DNA from: Mustelus asterias
Taxonomy: Eukaryota
Assembly (NCBI RefSeq): GCF_964213995.1
Contig: NC_135802.1
Coordinates: 130,324,001-130,388,000, forward strand
DNA: 64,000 nucleotides
Direction: 5' to 3'
How positions within the stretch are numbered: position 1 is the first letter of the stretch; each line of letters starts with the position of its first letter. This document shows positions 11,255 through 22,765 of the stretch, piece after piece. Under the pieces are notes generated by a model that was not told the origin of the DNA, searched no databases, and saw only the letters and a list, made by a program, of their open reading frames with translations. Position numbers and translations under genes: made by a program.

Positions 11255-11625
11255 TGTTGTGGAGTTGCCGGCGTTGGACTGGGGTAAACACAGTAAGAAG
11301 TTTAACAACACCAGGTTAAAGTCCAACAGGTTTATTTGGTAGCAAATGCCACTAGCTTTCGGAGCGCTGCCCCTTAGTCAGGTGGAATGGAGAAATGCCA
11401 ATCCTCCAACTTTGCTCAGCAAAAGTATATACCAGTGATAAGGAAGGACTGTAGAAAAAGAGATAATCAGCCATGGATTATCTCAGGAAATAAAAGAGGG
11501 TATCAAATTGAAAGAAAATGCATTTCTCCACTCCACCTGATGAAGGGGCAGCGCTCCGAAAGCTAGTGGCATTTGCTACCAAATAAACCTGTTGGACTTT
11601 AACCTGGTGTTGTTAAACTTCTTAC
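11255..11625. mobile_element. Penelope-like inverted-repeat element inserted in the CR1 5' end
   Basis: ~105-bp inverted arms (~11291-11398 and 11520-11626); TSD TGAGGTG[A/G]ACAACA at 11241-11254 and 11626-11639; same family at 38914-39140. Confidence 0.8.
11533..11569 (+). ncRNA. minimal type I hammerhead ribozyme motif (Penelope-associated)
   Basis: CCAC-CUGAUGA-A-GGGGC(AGC)GCUCC-GAAA-GC-UA-GUGG: stem I CCAC/GUGG, stem II GGGGC/GCUCC, intact core boxes, palindromic AGCU in place of helix III. Confidence 0.65.
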
Positions 11626-14600
11626 TGAGGTGGACAACAAACAAGGAAATAACTGATGCATGTAAAAATGGTGTAGCAATTATCATGGGGGACTTTAATC
11701 TACATGTCGATTGGTCAAACCAGGTCTGTCAAGGCAGCCTTGAGGAGGAACAGTATGTAATGGAACCTATGACGGAGCAAGTTATCCTAGACCTGGTCCT
11801 GTGTAATGTGACAGAAATAATTAATGATCTCACAGTTAGGGATCCTCTCGGAAGAAGCGATCACAGCATGGTTGTATTTAAAATACAGATGGAGCGTGAG
11901 AAGATAAAATCCAAGACCAGTGTCTTGTGCTCAAATAAAGGAAATTACAATGGGATGAGGGACGAGTTGGTTAAGGTAGACTGGGAGCAAAAACCTTATA
12001 GTGGGACAATTGAGGAACAGTGGAGGACTTTCAGAATGATTTTTCACAGTGTTCAGCAAAAGTATATACCAGTGATAAGGAAGGACTGTAGAAAAAGAGA
12101 TAATCAGCCATGGATATCTAAGGAAATAAAGGAGGATATCAAATTGAAAGAAAATGCATACAAAGTGGCAAAGATTAGTGGGAAACTAGGGGATTGGGAA
12201 ATCTTAAAGGTTAACAGAAAGCCACAAGAAAAGCTATGAAGAAAAGTCAGATAGATTATGAGAGTAAACTAGCTCAGAATATAAAAACAGATAGCAAAAG
12301 CTTCTACAAATATATAAAAAGAAAAAGAGTGGTCCTTCAGAGGATGAGAAGGGCAATTTAATAACGGGAAATGAGGAAATGGCCGAGGCATTGAACAGGT
12401 ATTTTGTGTCGGTCTTCACAGTGGAAGACACAAATAACATGCCAAAAATTGATGACAAGAAGGCTATGGCAGGTGAGGATCTAGAAATATCATTATCACT
12501 AAAGAAGCAATGTTAGATAAGCTAACATGGCTAAAGGTAGACAAGTCTCCTGGTCCTGATGGAATGCATCCCAGGGTACTATAAGAGATGGCGGGGGAAA
12601 AAGCAAATGCACTCGTGGTAATTTACCAAAATACGCTCGACTCTGGAGCAGTTCCGGCAGATTGGAAAACAGCAAATGTGACAACACTGTTTAAAAAAAG
12701 GAGTTAGACAAAAGGTAAGTAACTATAGGCCGGTTAGCTTAACTTCTGTAGTGGGGAAAATGGTTGAGTCTATCATCAAGGAAGAAAAAACGAGACATCT
12801 GGATATAAATTGTCCCATTGGGAAGACATAGCATGGGTTCGTAAAAGGCAGGTCATGTTTAACTAATTTAGTGGAATTCTTTGAGGACATTACGAGCATG
12901 GTGGACAACAGGGAACCAGTGGATGTGGTGTATCTGGATTTCCAGAAGACATTTGAAAAGGTGCCTCACAAAAAACTATTGCATAAGATAAAGGTGCATG
13001 GCGTTACGGGTAATGTATTAGCATGGATAGAGGATTGGTTAACTAACAGAAAGCAAAGAGTGGGGGTAAATGGGTGTTTTTCTGGTTGGCGATCAGTGAC
13101 TAGTGGTGTGCCTCAGGGATCGGTGTTGGGACTGCAACTGTTTAGAATTTACACAGATAATTTGGAGTTGGGGACCAAGTGTCGTGTGTCAAAGTTCGCG
13201 GATGACACTAAGGTGAGTGGTGGAGCAAAATGTGCAGAAGACACTGAATGTCTGCAAAAGGATATAGATAATTTAAATGAGTGGGCGAGGGTCTGGCAGA
13301 TGGAGTACAATGTTGGTAAATGTGAGGTCATCTATTTTGGTAAGAATAACAGCAAAATAGACTATTATTTAAATGGTAGAAAATTGCAGCATGCTGGTGT
13401 GCAGAGGGACCAGGGTGTCCTCGTGCATGAATCACATAAAGTTGGTTTGCAGGTGCAGTGGGTAATTAAGAAGGCAAACGGAACGTTGTCTTTCATTGCT
13501 AGAGGGATGGAGTTTAAAAACAGGGAGGTTATGCTGCAGCTGTATAAGGTGCTGGTGAGGCTAAATCTGGAGTACTGTGTCTTCTTACTTGAGGAAGGAT
13601 ATACTGGCATTGGAAGGGGTGCAGAGGAGATTCACTAGGTTGATTCCGGAATTGAGAGGGTTGGTTTATGAGAGATTGAGTAGACTGGGATTATGCTTAT
13701 TGGAATTTAGAAAAACGAGGGTGGATCTTACAGAAACATATAAAATTATGAAGAGAATAGATAAGATAGAAGCAGGAAGGTTGTTTCCACTGGCAGGTGA
13801 AACTAGAACTAGGGGCATAGCCTCAAAATAAGGAGTAGCAGATTTAAGACTGAGCTGAGGAGGAATTTCTTCACCCAAAGGGTTGTAAATCTGTGGAATT
13901 CCCTGCCCAGTGAAGCAGTTGAGGTGACCTTGTTGAATGTTTTTAAGGCAAAAATAGATAGATCTTTGAACAGTAAAGGAATTAAGAGTTATGGTGAGCG
14001 GGCGGGTAAGTGGAGCTGAGTCCATGAAAAGATCAGCCATGATCTTATTGAATGGCTGAGCAGGCTCGAGGGGCCAAATGGCCTACTCCTGCTCCTACTT
14101 CTTTTGTTCTAGGCTTGTCACAGAGAGGGACATAAATGATTGAAGTGACCTGGTTAACAATGGAGTCAATTCATTTGGCCTCATCAAATGTGTAATTAAC
14201 AGTTAGTAATAACATTTAATATTGGAAATGTTGAGTGCTGTCATCATGGATGGGAACATATTCTACTCTCTATAAACATACAACAAAGACAATAAGAAGT
14301 TGATTCCAACTGTATACATATCAATCATTATGCTGAAAGCATACATAGTCAACATTATGCTCTCCTATGTCAGTAAATGTCGTGAACAGTGTGGTTCCAT
14401 GTCTTACAGACAGTATGATCCTTAGCTCACCTCCTGTCACACAGTATGGAGGAGTCTAGTTCCAACTTGTCTCAAGGTTTTGCGTGGAATGTAGAGGCCA
14501 TTTTGACCAAATGGACCAAGTGACCAGCTATATCAATACTGTGGTGATGGAAGTACTGTTACAGCTCTGAAAGCCTTCATGGTAGCTTATGTTGCTGTCA

Positions 14601-14794
14601 TAGGAGGTTCTTCAGGTTACTGTGGGAGCACATTCTGTTGGCATGGAAGCTCAAATTGCTGTCACTTTGTATTTGAGTCCACTATTGAAAGGACCTAGAA
14701 GGTCCCACATAAGGAAGAGACAAACGTCTATTTAACACCCACAACAGAATAGAATGAATTTACGATCATGTTCTCTCACCTCTTTTCCCTCAGG

Positions 14795-15070
14795 AGCATA
14801 AGAAATAGGAGCAGGAATAGACCATATATCCTGTTGAGCCTGCTCCGTCATTCAATATGAACACAGCTTTAACTTCATTTTCCCACCAACTCCCCATATT
14901 CCTTAATTCCCCAAGAGGCCATAAATCTGTCTGTCCCAGCCTTAAATATACTCAACAATGAAACATCCAGAATCCTCTCGGGAAGAGAATTCCAAAGATT
15001 CACAATCTTTTGAGTGAAGTAACTTCTCATCTCAGTCCTAAATAACTGGCCCCTAGATATTCCCCAAGTT
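14795..15070 (-). mobile_element. CR1 3' end fragment
   Basis: CATAAGAAATAGGAGCAGGA tail, GAGAATTCCAAAGATTCACA. Confidence 0.75.
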
Positions 15071-15519
15071 TACATTCCCCGTTGCCCAATGTAAATGTGA
15101 TTTGTGTTAAAGGAGAAAGAATTGCAGAATCAAGGAATTTCATACCACAGAAGGAAACTATTCAGTCCATTGTGCTTGTGCCAAACCTCTGAAAGAACCA
15201 TTCACTAAACCCAATTCCGCTGCTCTTCTCAGACATCCTTTTAAATTGTTCTTTAAAAATAATCCATTTCCCTTAGAAAAACTGTTATGGATTCTGCACA
15301 TATCAGTGTTCAGGGCGAGTAAGTATTGTGTACTTGGTGAGAGTCATTGGGCGGAATTTTCCCCATCCCCCTCGCCCCAGGAAGTGTAGCGGACGGGACA
15401 TGGACCGTGCAAAGGATTTTCTGGCTTTGGGGCAAGCGCGACCATAAAAACCTGTCCATGGAGTGCAAAGGAGTAAGAGAAGGAAAATCTGTATTTGAAG
15501 GGATGGATCAGGTGGCTAT

Positions 15520-15786
15520 GGGGCGACATGATGGCACAGTGGTTAGCACTGTTGCCTCACAGCGCCAGGGACCCGGGTTCAATTCCGGCCTCGGGTCACT
15601 GTCTGTGTGGAGTTTGTGCATTCTCCCTGTGTCTGCGTGGGTTTCCTCCCACAGTCCAAAGATGTGCGGGTTAGGTTGATTGGCCATGCTAAATTGACCC
15701 TAGTGTCAGGGGATTAGCAGGGTAAATATGTGGGGTTACGGGAAAAGGGTCTGAGTGGGATTGTGGTCGGTGCAGACTCGATGGGC
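15520..15786 (+). mobile_element. HE1-like SINE
   Basis: GGCACAGTGGTTAGCACTG..GGTTCAATTCC head and HE1 core. Confidence 0.9.
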
Positions 15787-17148
15787 CTGATTTAACCATC
15801 AAGTTGTGCCTGTGTTCGGGTGCGAGGTAAAGGCGGGTGTGAGGCGAGTAGTGTGATCCGCGACCGCCTCTGCGCCCGCTTCCCCTTTACCAAGGGCCGA
15901 AAATGGCCACCGTCGGCACCACGCCTGAAACGGGCACGACGTCAATTAAAATGTATTTGCATGCATTTAAATTGACTTAATGGACTGCATGTCCAAACTT
16001 ACTGACACTTCCCCCTTTACCACTGTGTTCGGCCGTCCAGATTCGGCACAAAACAGACATGGTCCGCAAAGGTCCGATTCGGGTGCTCCAGCTTCTGAAG
16101 AGGTAAGTTCCGAGCTTCTGGTGGCTCTCTGACTCAGATCGGTTGGGGGGGGTGGGGGGGCGGGGGAGAGAAGTGGGTGAGATGGCTCTCTGACTCAGAT
16201 CGGTTGGGGGGGGTGGGGGGGCGGGGGAGAGAGGTGGGTGAGATGGCTCTCTGACTCAGATCGGTAGTGGGGAGGGGGGGGAGTTGCAGGGAAGGGAGGT
16301 GGGTGAGATGGTTCTCTTGTTTCTTCAAAAGGAAACTCTTAAAAATGTAGCTAATGAAATATAACAAAACTTACTCCAACTTAATAATCAAAGAAAGGGT
16401 TTAATAGAGAAACATCATTACTCCAAACTTGGAGCCTCGCCCTGGCCACTCCAAGCTTCCCACAATTCCACATAGTTCCTTATTTATAGTGAATCAGCTG
16501 GTCAGCTGACCATTACATCACTCTGTAATTGGTTCCATGGTTTACTGGTTCAGCTGACCCTTACATCTTGTTCCCATTGGTCACATTACATCCAATACAA
16601 AGTTGTTACCGGTTACATTCTAACATCTCTGACTCAGATCAGTTTGGGGGTGGAGGGAGGTGGGTCAGATGGCTCTCTGACTCAGATCGGGGGGGGAGAT
16701 GGGTCAGATGGCTCTTTGACTCAGATCAGGGTAGGGAGGGAGGCGGGTCAGATGGGTCTCTGACTCAGATGGGGGGCAAAGGGGGGGTGCTGGGGGTGGG
16801 GGGTCCACTGCCCCTCTGCGTGTGATCAGTGGGGGTGAAGGGGGGTCCATTGCCACTCTGTGTGTGATTGGTGGGGGGAAGGGGGGGGTCTGCTGCCACT
16901 CTGCATGTGATCGTTGGGAGGAGGGGTCAGGGGGCCACGATCGGTCTGGGTGGTGGGGGGTGGGGTGGGGGGATAAGGGAGTCAGTAATGTTGTGGGGTG
17001 GGGCAATGTCTGTGGGAGCCAGGGGGGAGGCATTATCTGCCCGGGAGCGATGTGGCATGGGAGCATTTCTCTATCTTTTTTTTCTGCGCATGCGCAGTTG
17101 GAGGCACTGATCGGAGCTGCAGGATTTCAGGCGCGTTAAACACGGCCC
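15783..17148. mobile_element. non-autonomous TIR element (Harbinger-like) with internal ~60-bp tandem repeats
   Basis: Termini GGGCCTGATTTAAC and GTTAAACACGGCCC (11/14 inverted match); internal GATGGCTCTCTGACTCAGATCGG repeats. Confidence 0.6.
16318..16625 (-). mobile_element. solo LTR, 308 bp
   Basis: TGTT...AACA ends, 5-bp TSD TCTCT splitting a host repeat unit; minus strand has CCAAT boxes, CTATAAATAAG, then ATTAAA. Confidence 0.8.
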
Positions 17149-17606
17149 ACAGACCTCTGATGGGCCACTTGCCCATGAGCCATTGTCCAGGCTGCCCAGT
17201 TTGACTGGTGATAGGTAAGATGGGGTTGGGGTGACTGGTGGGGGGGCCAGATTGCCTCCTTTTCAGGACCCCTGTCTCCATTGGAGGACCACCAAGGTAT
17301 AAATTCACTCCCATGTTACACCCAAGGACCTGTCATGTCCTACCACCACCACCCTGCCCGCCCTCCCACCCCCTGCCCCTTTCTCACTCCCCCCCCCCCC
17401 CCCCCCCCCCGCCCCGGCCATGGTGAGTGCAGATTTCCCTGGAACAGTGTTCCTTTTATGCTGATTTGCAGTCTGTGTAAGCTATTTCCTTTGGTCTTTG
17501 CTGGGTAGATATGCCAGGCCCTGCTTCAACAGTAGTTCAGATTGGTGGGCAGTACTTCAACATTTCGGATACCAGTTCACATACCTCACATCTCTTCTCT
17601 CCTCTT

Positions 17607-17877
17607 AGAATCATACAACCGCTACACTGCAGAAAGAGGCCATTCGGCCCATCGAGCCTGCACTGACAACAATTCCACCCAGGGCCTATCCCCATAACCC
17701 CATTGACTTACCCGGCTAATCACCTTGACACTAAGTGGTAATTTAACATGGCCAATCAACCTAACCTGCACATCTTTGGACTGTGGGAGGAAACCGGAGC
17801 TCCTGAAGGAAACCAACGCAGAGACAGGCAGAACGGGCAGGCTCTGCACAGACAGTCACCTATGGCTGGAATTGAAC
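17607..17877 (-). mobile_element. HE1-like SINE, 3' portion (5' head displaced to 21240-21292)
   Basis: Breaks at GGAATTGAAC; the continuation GAACCCAGGTCCCTG..GTGCTAACCACTGTGCCAC is at 21240. Confidence 0.85.
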
Positions 17878-17892
17878 ATAAGAACATAAGAG

Positions 17893-18741
17893 TCCGGGAG
17901 AATCTTGTGGCGGTTGATGTACGGGATTCCTGCATGCGTTCCCGCTGCGATTGCGTCTCCCAGTGCCGGATTTCCGGCGGCGTCTGCTCCACGTTGGAAA
18001 TCGGCGGGGAAGCGCGAAAGTAATTTTAATCTTATTTTGCATGTGACTTACATGCAATGAGTGGGCCCAGAACTGAAGTCTCGGGGCCCGCTAGCCTCCC
18101 CCCCACCCCCCCCACCACTCCCCTCCCCCCAACCCCGCCAGAGTGGGTTCATTCCAGCAAGGATAACTGTAGCTCCCCACTTTCAGGGAACTAGCAGCCT
18201 GCCCCTACTGGAGTGCCAGCCTGTGCCCCTTGGCCTGCCCAGGAAGAAAAGTGCCGATGCCCAGGGGGCACCTTGGCACTGCCCATGGGCAAGGGGCAGT
18301 CATGGGATGGCGGGGGGGGGTAACTGTCGGGGGAGTGGGTGGGGCTGTGAGACTGGAGATCGGAGCAGGCTGGGATGGGGGGGTTAGGGCTGAACCCAGG
18401 AATGGTGGGGGCCCAGCGATCAGGCCGGAGGGCAGTGGGTGGGCCAGCATTGGGGGTTTCACGGGACTGGCCAGTGATCGAGGTGGCCAGCAATCGGGAG
18501 GCCATCAGTGCAGGGCCACTGTGCATGCACAGATTGAGGCATGCACTCAGTGTGCTGATTTCAGCTTCCCCAGCGGGAATAGGCCCTGCCCCCTAGTTTT
18601 TAATGATATTTGCCCTGGTGGCCTCTGCAGTGTACAGAGTGTGGGAGATTCTTCTCTGAACTCTCACTGAAAAAACCAATGTGAATAACTCCAGCTTTCA
18701 CGCAAATTCAACACTCAGAATTTTTTTGGGAGAATTCCGGC
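17893..18741. mobile_element. Harbinger-like MITE lacking its left terminus
   Basis: Right end TTTTTTTGGGAGAATTCCGGC; internal similarity to 49014-49722. Confidence 0.55.
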
Positions 18742-21239
18742 TTACTTCTTTAGTAATAATGATTGTTTCTAGGTCCTCACCTGCCGTAGCCTTCTTGTCG
18801 TCAATTTTTGGCATGTTATTTGTGTCTTCCACTGTGAAGACTGACACAAAATACCTATTCAATGCCTCAACCATTTCCTCATTTCCCTTATTAAATCCCC
18901 CTTCTCATTGTCTAAAGGACCAATGTTTATGTTAGCCACTCTTTTTCGTTTCATATATATGTAGAAATTTTTGCTCTCTGTTTTTGTATTCTGAGCTAGT
19001 ATACTCTTTAAAGATTTCCCAATCCTCTAGTTTCCCACTAATTTTTGCCACTTTGTATTCATTTTCTTTCAATTTGATACCCTCCTTTATTTCCTTAGAT
19101 ATCCATGGCTGATTATCCCTTTGCCTATAGTCCTTTCTTTTCACTGGTATATACTTTTGCTGAGCACTGTGAAAGATCGCTTTGAAAGTCCTCCACTCTT
19201 CCTCAATTGTCCCACCAGAAAGCTTGCTCCCAGTCTACCTTAGCCAACTCCTCTCTCATCCCTTTGTGGTCTTCTTTGTTTAAGCACAAGACACTGGTAT
19301 TGGATTTTACCTTCTCATGCTCCATCTGTATTTTAAATTCAACCATACTGTGATCGTTCCTTCCGAGAGGATCCCTAACTGCAAGATCATTAATTATTCC
19401 CGTCTCATTACACAGGACCAGATCTAGGATAGCTTGATCCCTCGTAGGTTCCATTACATACTGTTCAAGGAAGCTATCGTGGATACATTCTATGAACTCC
19501 TCCTCAAGGCTGCATTGGCTGACCAAGTTTGATTAATTGATATGTAGATTAACATCCCCCATGATAATTGCTGTACCATTTTTACATACATCAGTTATTT
19601 CTTTGTTTATTGCTCGCCCACCATGATGTCATTATTCGGTGGCCTGTAGACTAGCCTATCAGTGACTTTTTCTCCTTACTTTTTCTAATTTCCACCCAAA
19701 TGTATTCAACCTTTTTCCCCATAGAACCCATATCATCTCTCACTACAGCCCTGATGTCATCTTTAAATATCAGAACTACACCACCTCCCTTACCTTCCTG
19801 TCTGTCCTTCTGAACAGTCTGATACCCCTGGATATTTAACTCCCAGTCGTGACCATCCTGCAACCATGTCTCTGTAATGGCCACTAAATCATACTCAATT
19901 GCGATGATATGTGCCGTCAACTCATTTACCTTGTTTCGGATGCTACGAGAATTCAGATAAAGTGCCCATCTGCTAGTTTTTATACCTTCTTTTTGAATGC
20001 TAACACCTCCATTAATAACATTGCCTGAGTTCTCCTTCCTTTTAACTTTTTTCATAATTTTCCATGTAGTTGAACCCTCCTCCCTACATGCTAACCTGCT
20101 GCTTTGCTTCCCATTAACCGCTATATTTCTTGTAGTTTTATCCTTCCTTCCCCCCACATGCAAGTTTAAAGTCCCTGTGACCACCCTATTTATCCTTTTT
20201 GCTAGATCACTGGTCCCAGATCGGTTCAGATGAAGACCGTGCCAACGGTACAGATCCCTCTGGTTCCAATACTGATGCCAATGCCCCACGAAATGGAACC
20301 CCTCTTTCCCACACCATTCCTTTAGCCACGTGTTTACTTCCCTAACTTTCTCATCTCTGTGCCAATGTGGCTCAGGTAGTAATCCAGAGATTATAACCCT
20401 TGAGGACCTGATCCTCAACGGTTATAATTTAGTTTCTAGTGCTTGATAATCCCCAAACAGGTCCTCTTTTCTAGTCTTGCCTATGTTGTTTGTCCCAACG
20501 TGGACCACAACAACTGGATCCTACCCCTCCCACTCCAAAATCCTTTCAAGCTGGTCACCGGGAAGGCAACATATCATATGGGACTCATGATCCGGCTTAC
20601 AAAGGATGCTATCAATCCTCCTAATTATAGAATCCCCTACAACTACCATTTGTCTTTTTGCTCCCCCCTCTTGAATGGTCATCTGTACCACAGTGCAGTG
20701 GTCGGCTAGTTCATCCTCCCTACAGCCCTTTTTCTCACCCACACAGGGAGCAAGTACCTCATACCTACTGGACAAGGTCAAGAGCTGAGGCTCCTCAGTT
20801 CCTGAATTCAGGATCCCCCTACCTGCTTCACTTGCAGTCGCACCCTGCTGTCCCTGACCACTGACCGAATTAAAGGTACCCAATCTACCGGGTGTGACCG
20901 CCTCCTGAAATAAAGTGTCCAGGTACCTCTCCCCCTCCTGGATGTGCCGCAAACACCGGACCGTCTTTCTGGTCCCAATTACACCAACAGTCAGCCCTGC
21001 GATTCTGCCGGTCCAGCGCACACCCAACCCCGCTTCCCCGCAGCCCTCCACTGCGGATGTGCTGCAGTGTCTGAAGCTCGGACTCCAGCTCATCAATTCT
21101 GAGCCAAAGTTCCTTGAGCAACCAACACTTGCTGCAGATGTGGTCACTGCGGCTCACAATGGGATCTGCCAGCTCCCACATCATACAGCTACAGCACATC
21201 ACCTGCCCAGCCATCTCTATTTAGTTCACCTTAGTTCAG
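18742..21239 (-). mobile_element. CR1 LINE 5' half: ORF1 (zinc finger plus SGNH esterase) and ORF2 APE domain; RT deleted
   Basis: MAGQVMCCSCMMW..HICSKC, VVVGDSIIR, ICCLPG, IISGLLP, GLHLNRSG; YLNSRSIRNK, VAITETWL, GKGGGV. Confidence 0.93.
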
Positions 21240-21292
21240 GAACCCAGGTCCCTGCTGCTGTGAGGCAGCGGTGCTAACCACTGTGCCACTGT
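21240..21292 (-). mobile_element. 5' head of the split HE1 SINE
   Basis: Minus strand GTGGCACAGTGGTTAGCACCGCTGCCTCACAGC..GGGTTC. Confidence 0.8.
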
Positions 21293-22130
21293 GCGTCTTG
21301 TGGCAGCTCGACTGCATCCTGACTGAAGTACCGAAGGAACTGAAATACCTCCCTACTCCTGACCAGTTTCTCCCTACACCTCCTACCTCTTCCTGCAAAT
21401 CTCTCTGTAGAGCCTGAGAAACGGAGGGCTGCGGGGAAGCGGGGTTGGGTGTGGGCTAGACCGGCAGAATCGCAGGGCTGACTGTCGGTGTAATTGGGGC
21501 CAGAAAGACGGTCCTGTGTTTGGGGCCCAGCATGCGAGCATTGCATAATTGCGTGGCTTTTTGCAATTGCTTTTTTGTTCCATGTTGGGTGCACTGCTGC
21601 TCATTGTTCACATTTTCCACTTTCCCAGGAGGTGGCTGAAAATAGCCCGCCGGATCTGCTCACAGCTTTCTGCTTTGTCTGGTGCAGTAATTAAGACATT
21701 GCAGCAATGGGATGTTGCTACTCATTCTATTCAATCAATAACTGTGCTGTGGACACTGTACCTAATCCCATATATCCCTTAGGGATGTCAAATGGTGACC
21801 AAAATCAATAGGGAAAACATTTAAGAGCATTTGACACCTGTCTAACAAATCATTAATGCCTTCACAGCTCATATCTCTATTTTAAATGCTCAGACCGGGG
21901 ACAAGTTGTAATTTTTAGATTTAGCAAGTGTCAGGCTGTGTCTTTTATTTCTACATGGTTCTGAACATGAATAGGAATCAGTGGCTGTGCATTGCTGACT
22001 TCAAAGCAGCATTGCTATCTGCAAGTTTCAATTTAGTAACTGCACTGGGACTCCAACTGTCTCAGTCAGAGATATTTCAAACCTGGTCAACTGGGATCTC
22101 TCCAAAATCACAGAAATACATCAATATACG

Positions 22131-22500
22131 AGGGGGAGGTGAGGAAAGGGCCTGGAGGAGATGGAGGGTGAGGTGGAGGGGGTGGTGGAGGGGGAGGTGA
22201 GGAAAGGGCCAGGAGGAGATGGAGGGTGAGGTGGAGGGGGTGGTGGAGGGGGAGGTGAGGAAAGGGCCTGGAGGAGCTGGAGGGTGAGGTGGAGGGGGTG
22301 GTGGAGGGGGAGGTGAGGAAAGGGCCTGGAGGAGCTGGAGGGTGAGGTGGAGGGGGTGGTGGAGGGGGAGGTGAGGAAAGGGCCTGGAGGAGCTAGAGGG
22401 TGAGGTGGAGGGGGTGGTGAGGAAGGGGCTGGGAGACGATGGAGGGTGAGGTGGAGGGGGAGGGAGGAAAGCGCCCAAACGAGATGGAGGGTGAGGTGGA
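22131..22500. repeat. 58-bp G/A-rich minisatellite, about 5-6 units
   Basis: GAGGAAAGGG recurs at 22141, 22199, 22257 and 22315. Confidence 0.92.
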
Positions 22501-22534
22501 AGTGGAAAGTAAAGAATGGATGCTTAGCAATAAG

Positions 22535-22765
22535 AGCATAAGACAAGGAGCCTGCTCAGCCATTAAGATCATAGATGATCTTCTACCTCAGATCCATCTT
22601 CCCTTGCAATCCCCATATCCCTTAATTCTCCTACTTACTAAAAATCTATCAACCTATTTCTTCAATTTACTCAACCGACGTCTGGTTAGAGAATTCCAAC
22701 GATTCACAACCATTCGAGTGGAGAATTTGCTCTTCCTCTCAGTTCTAAATGGCTGACCTCTTATA
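22535..22765 (-). mobile_element. CR1 3' end fragment
   Basis: CATAAGA tail, GAGAATTCCAACGATTCACAACC. Confidence 0.65.

Larger units (their letters stand above)
11238..14110 (+). mobile_element. 5'-truncated CR1 LINE, ORF2 (end of APE domain plus RT), frameshifted; 9-bp TSD AGGCTTGTC
   Basis: IIMGDFN, LDLVLCN, SDHSMV, VYLDFQKTF, SGVPQGSVLG, KFADDTK motifs; AGGCTTGTC at 11229-11237 and 14111-14119. Confidence 0.95.

Noticed and set aside
22077-22546. Pro/Ser-rich ORFs
   Set aside because: 58-bp minisatellite translations
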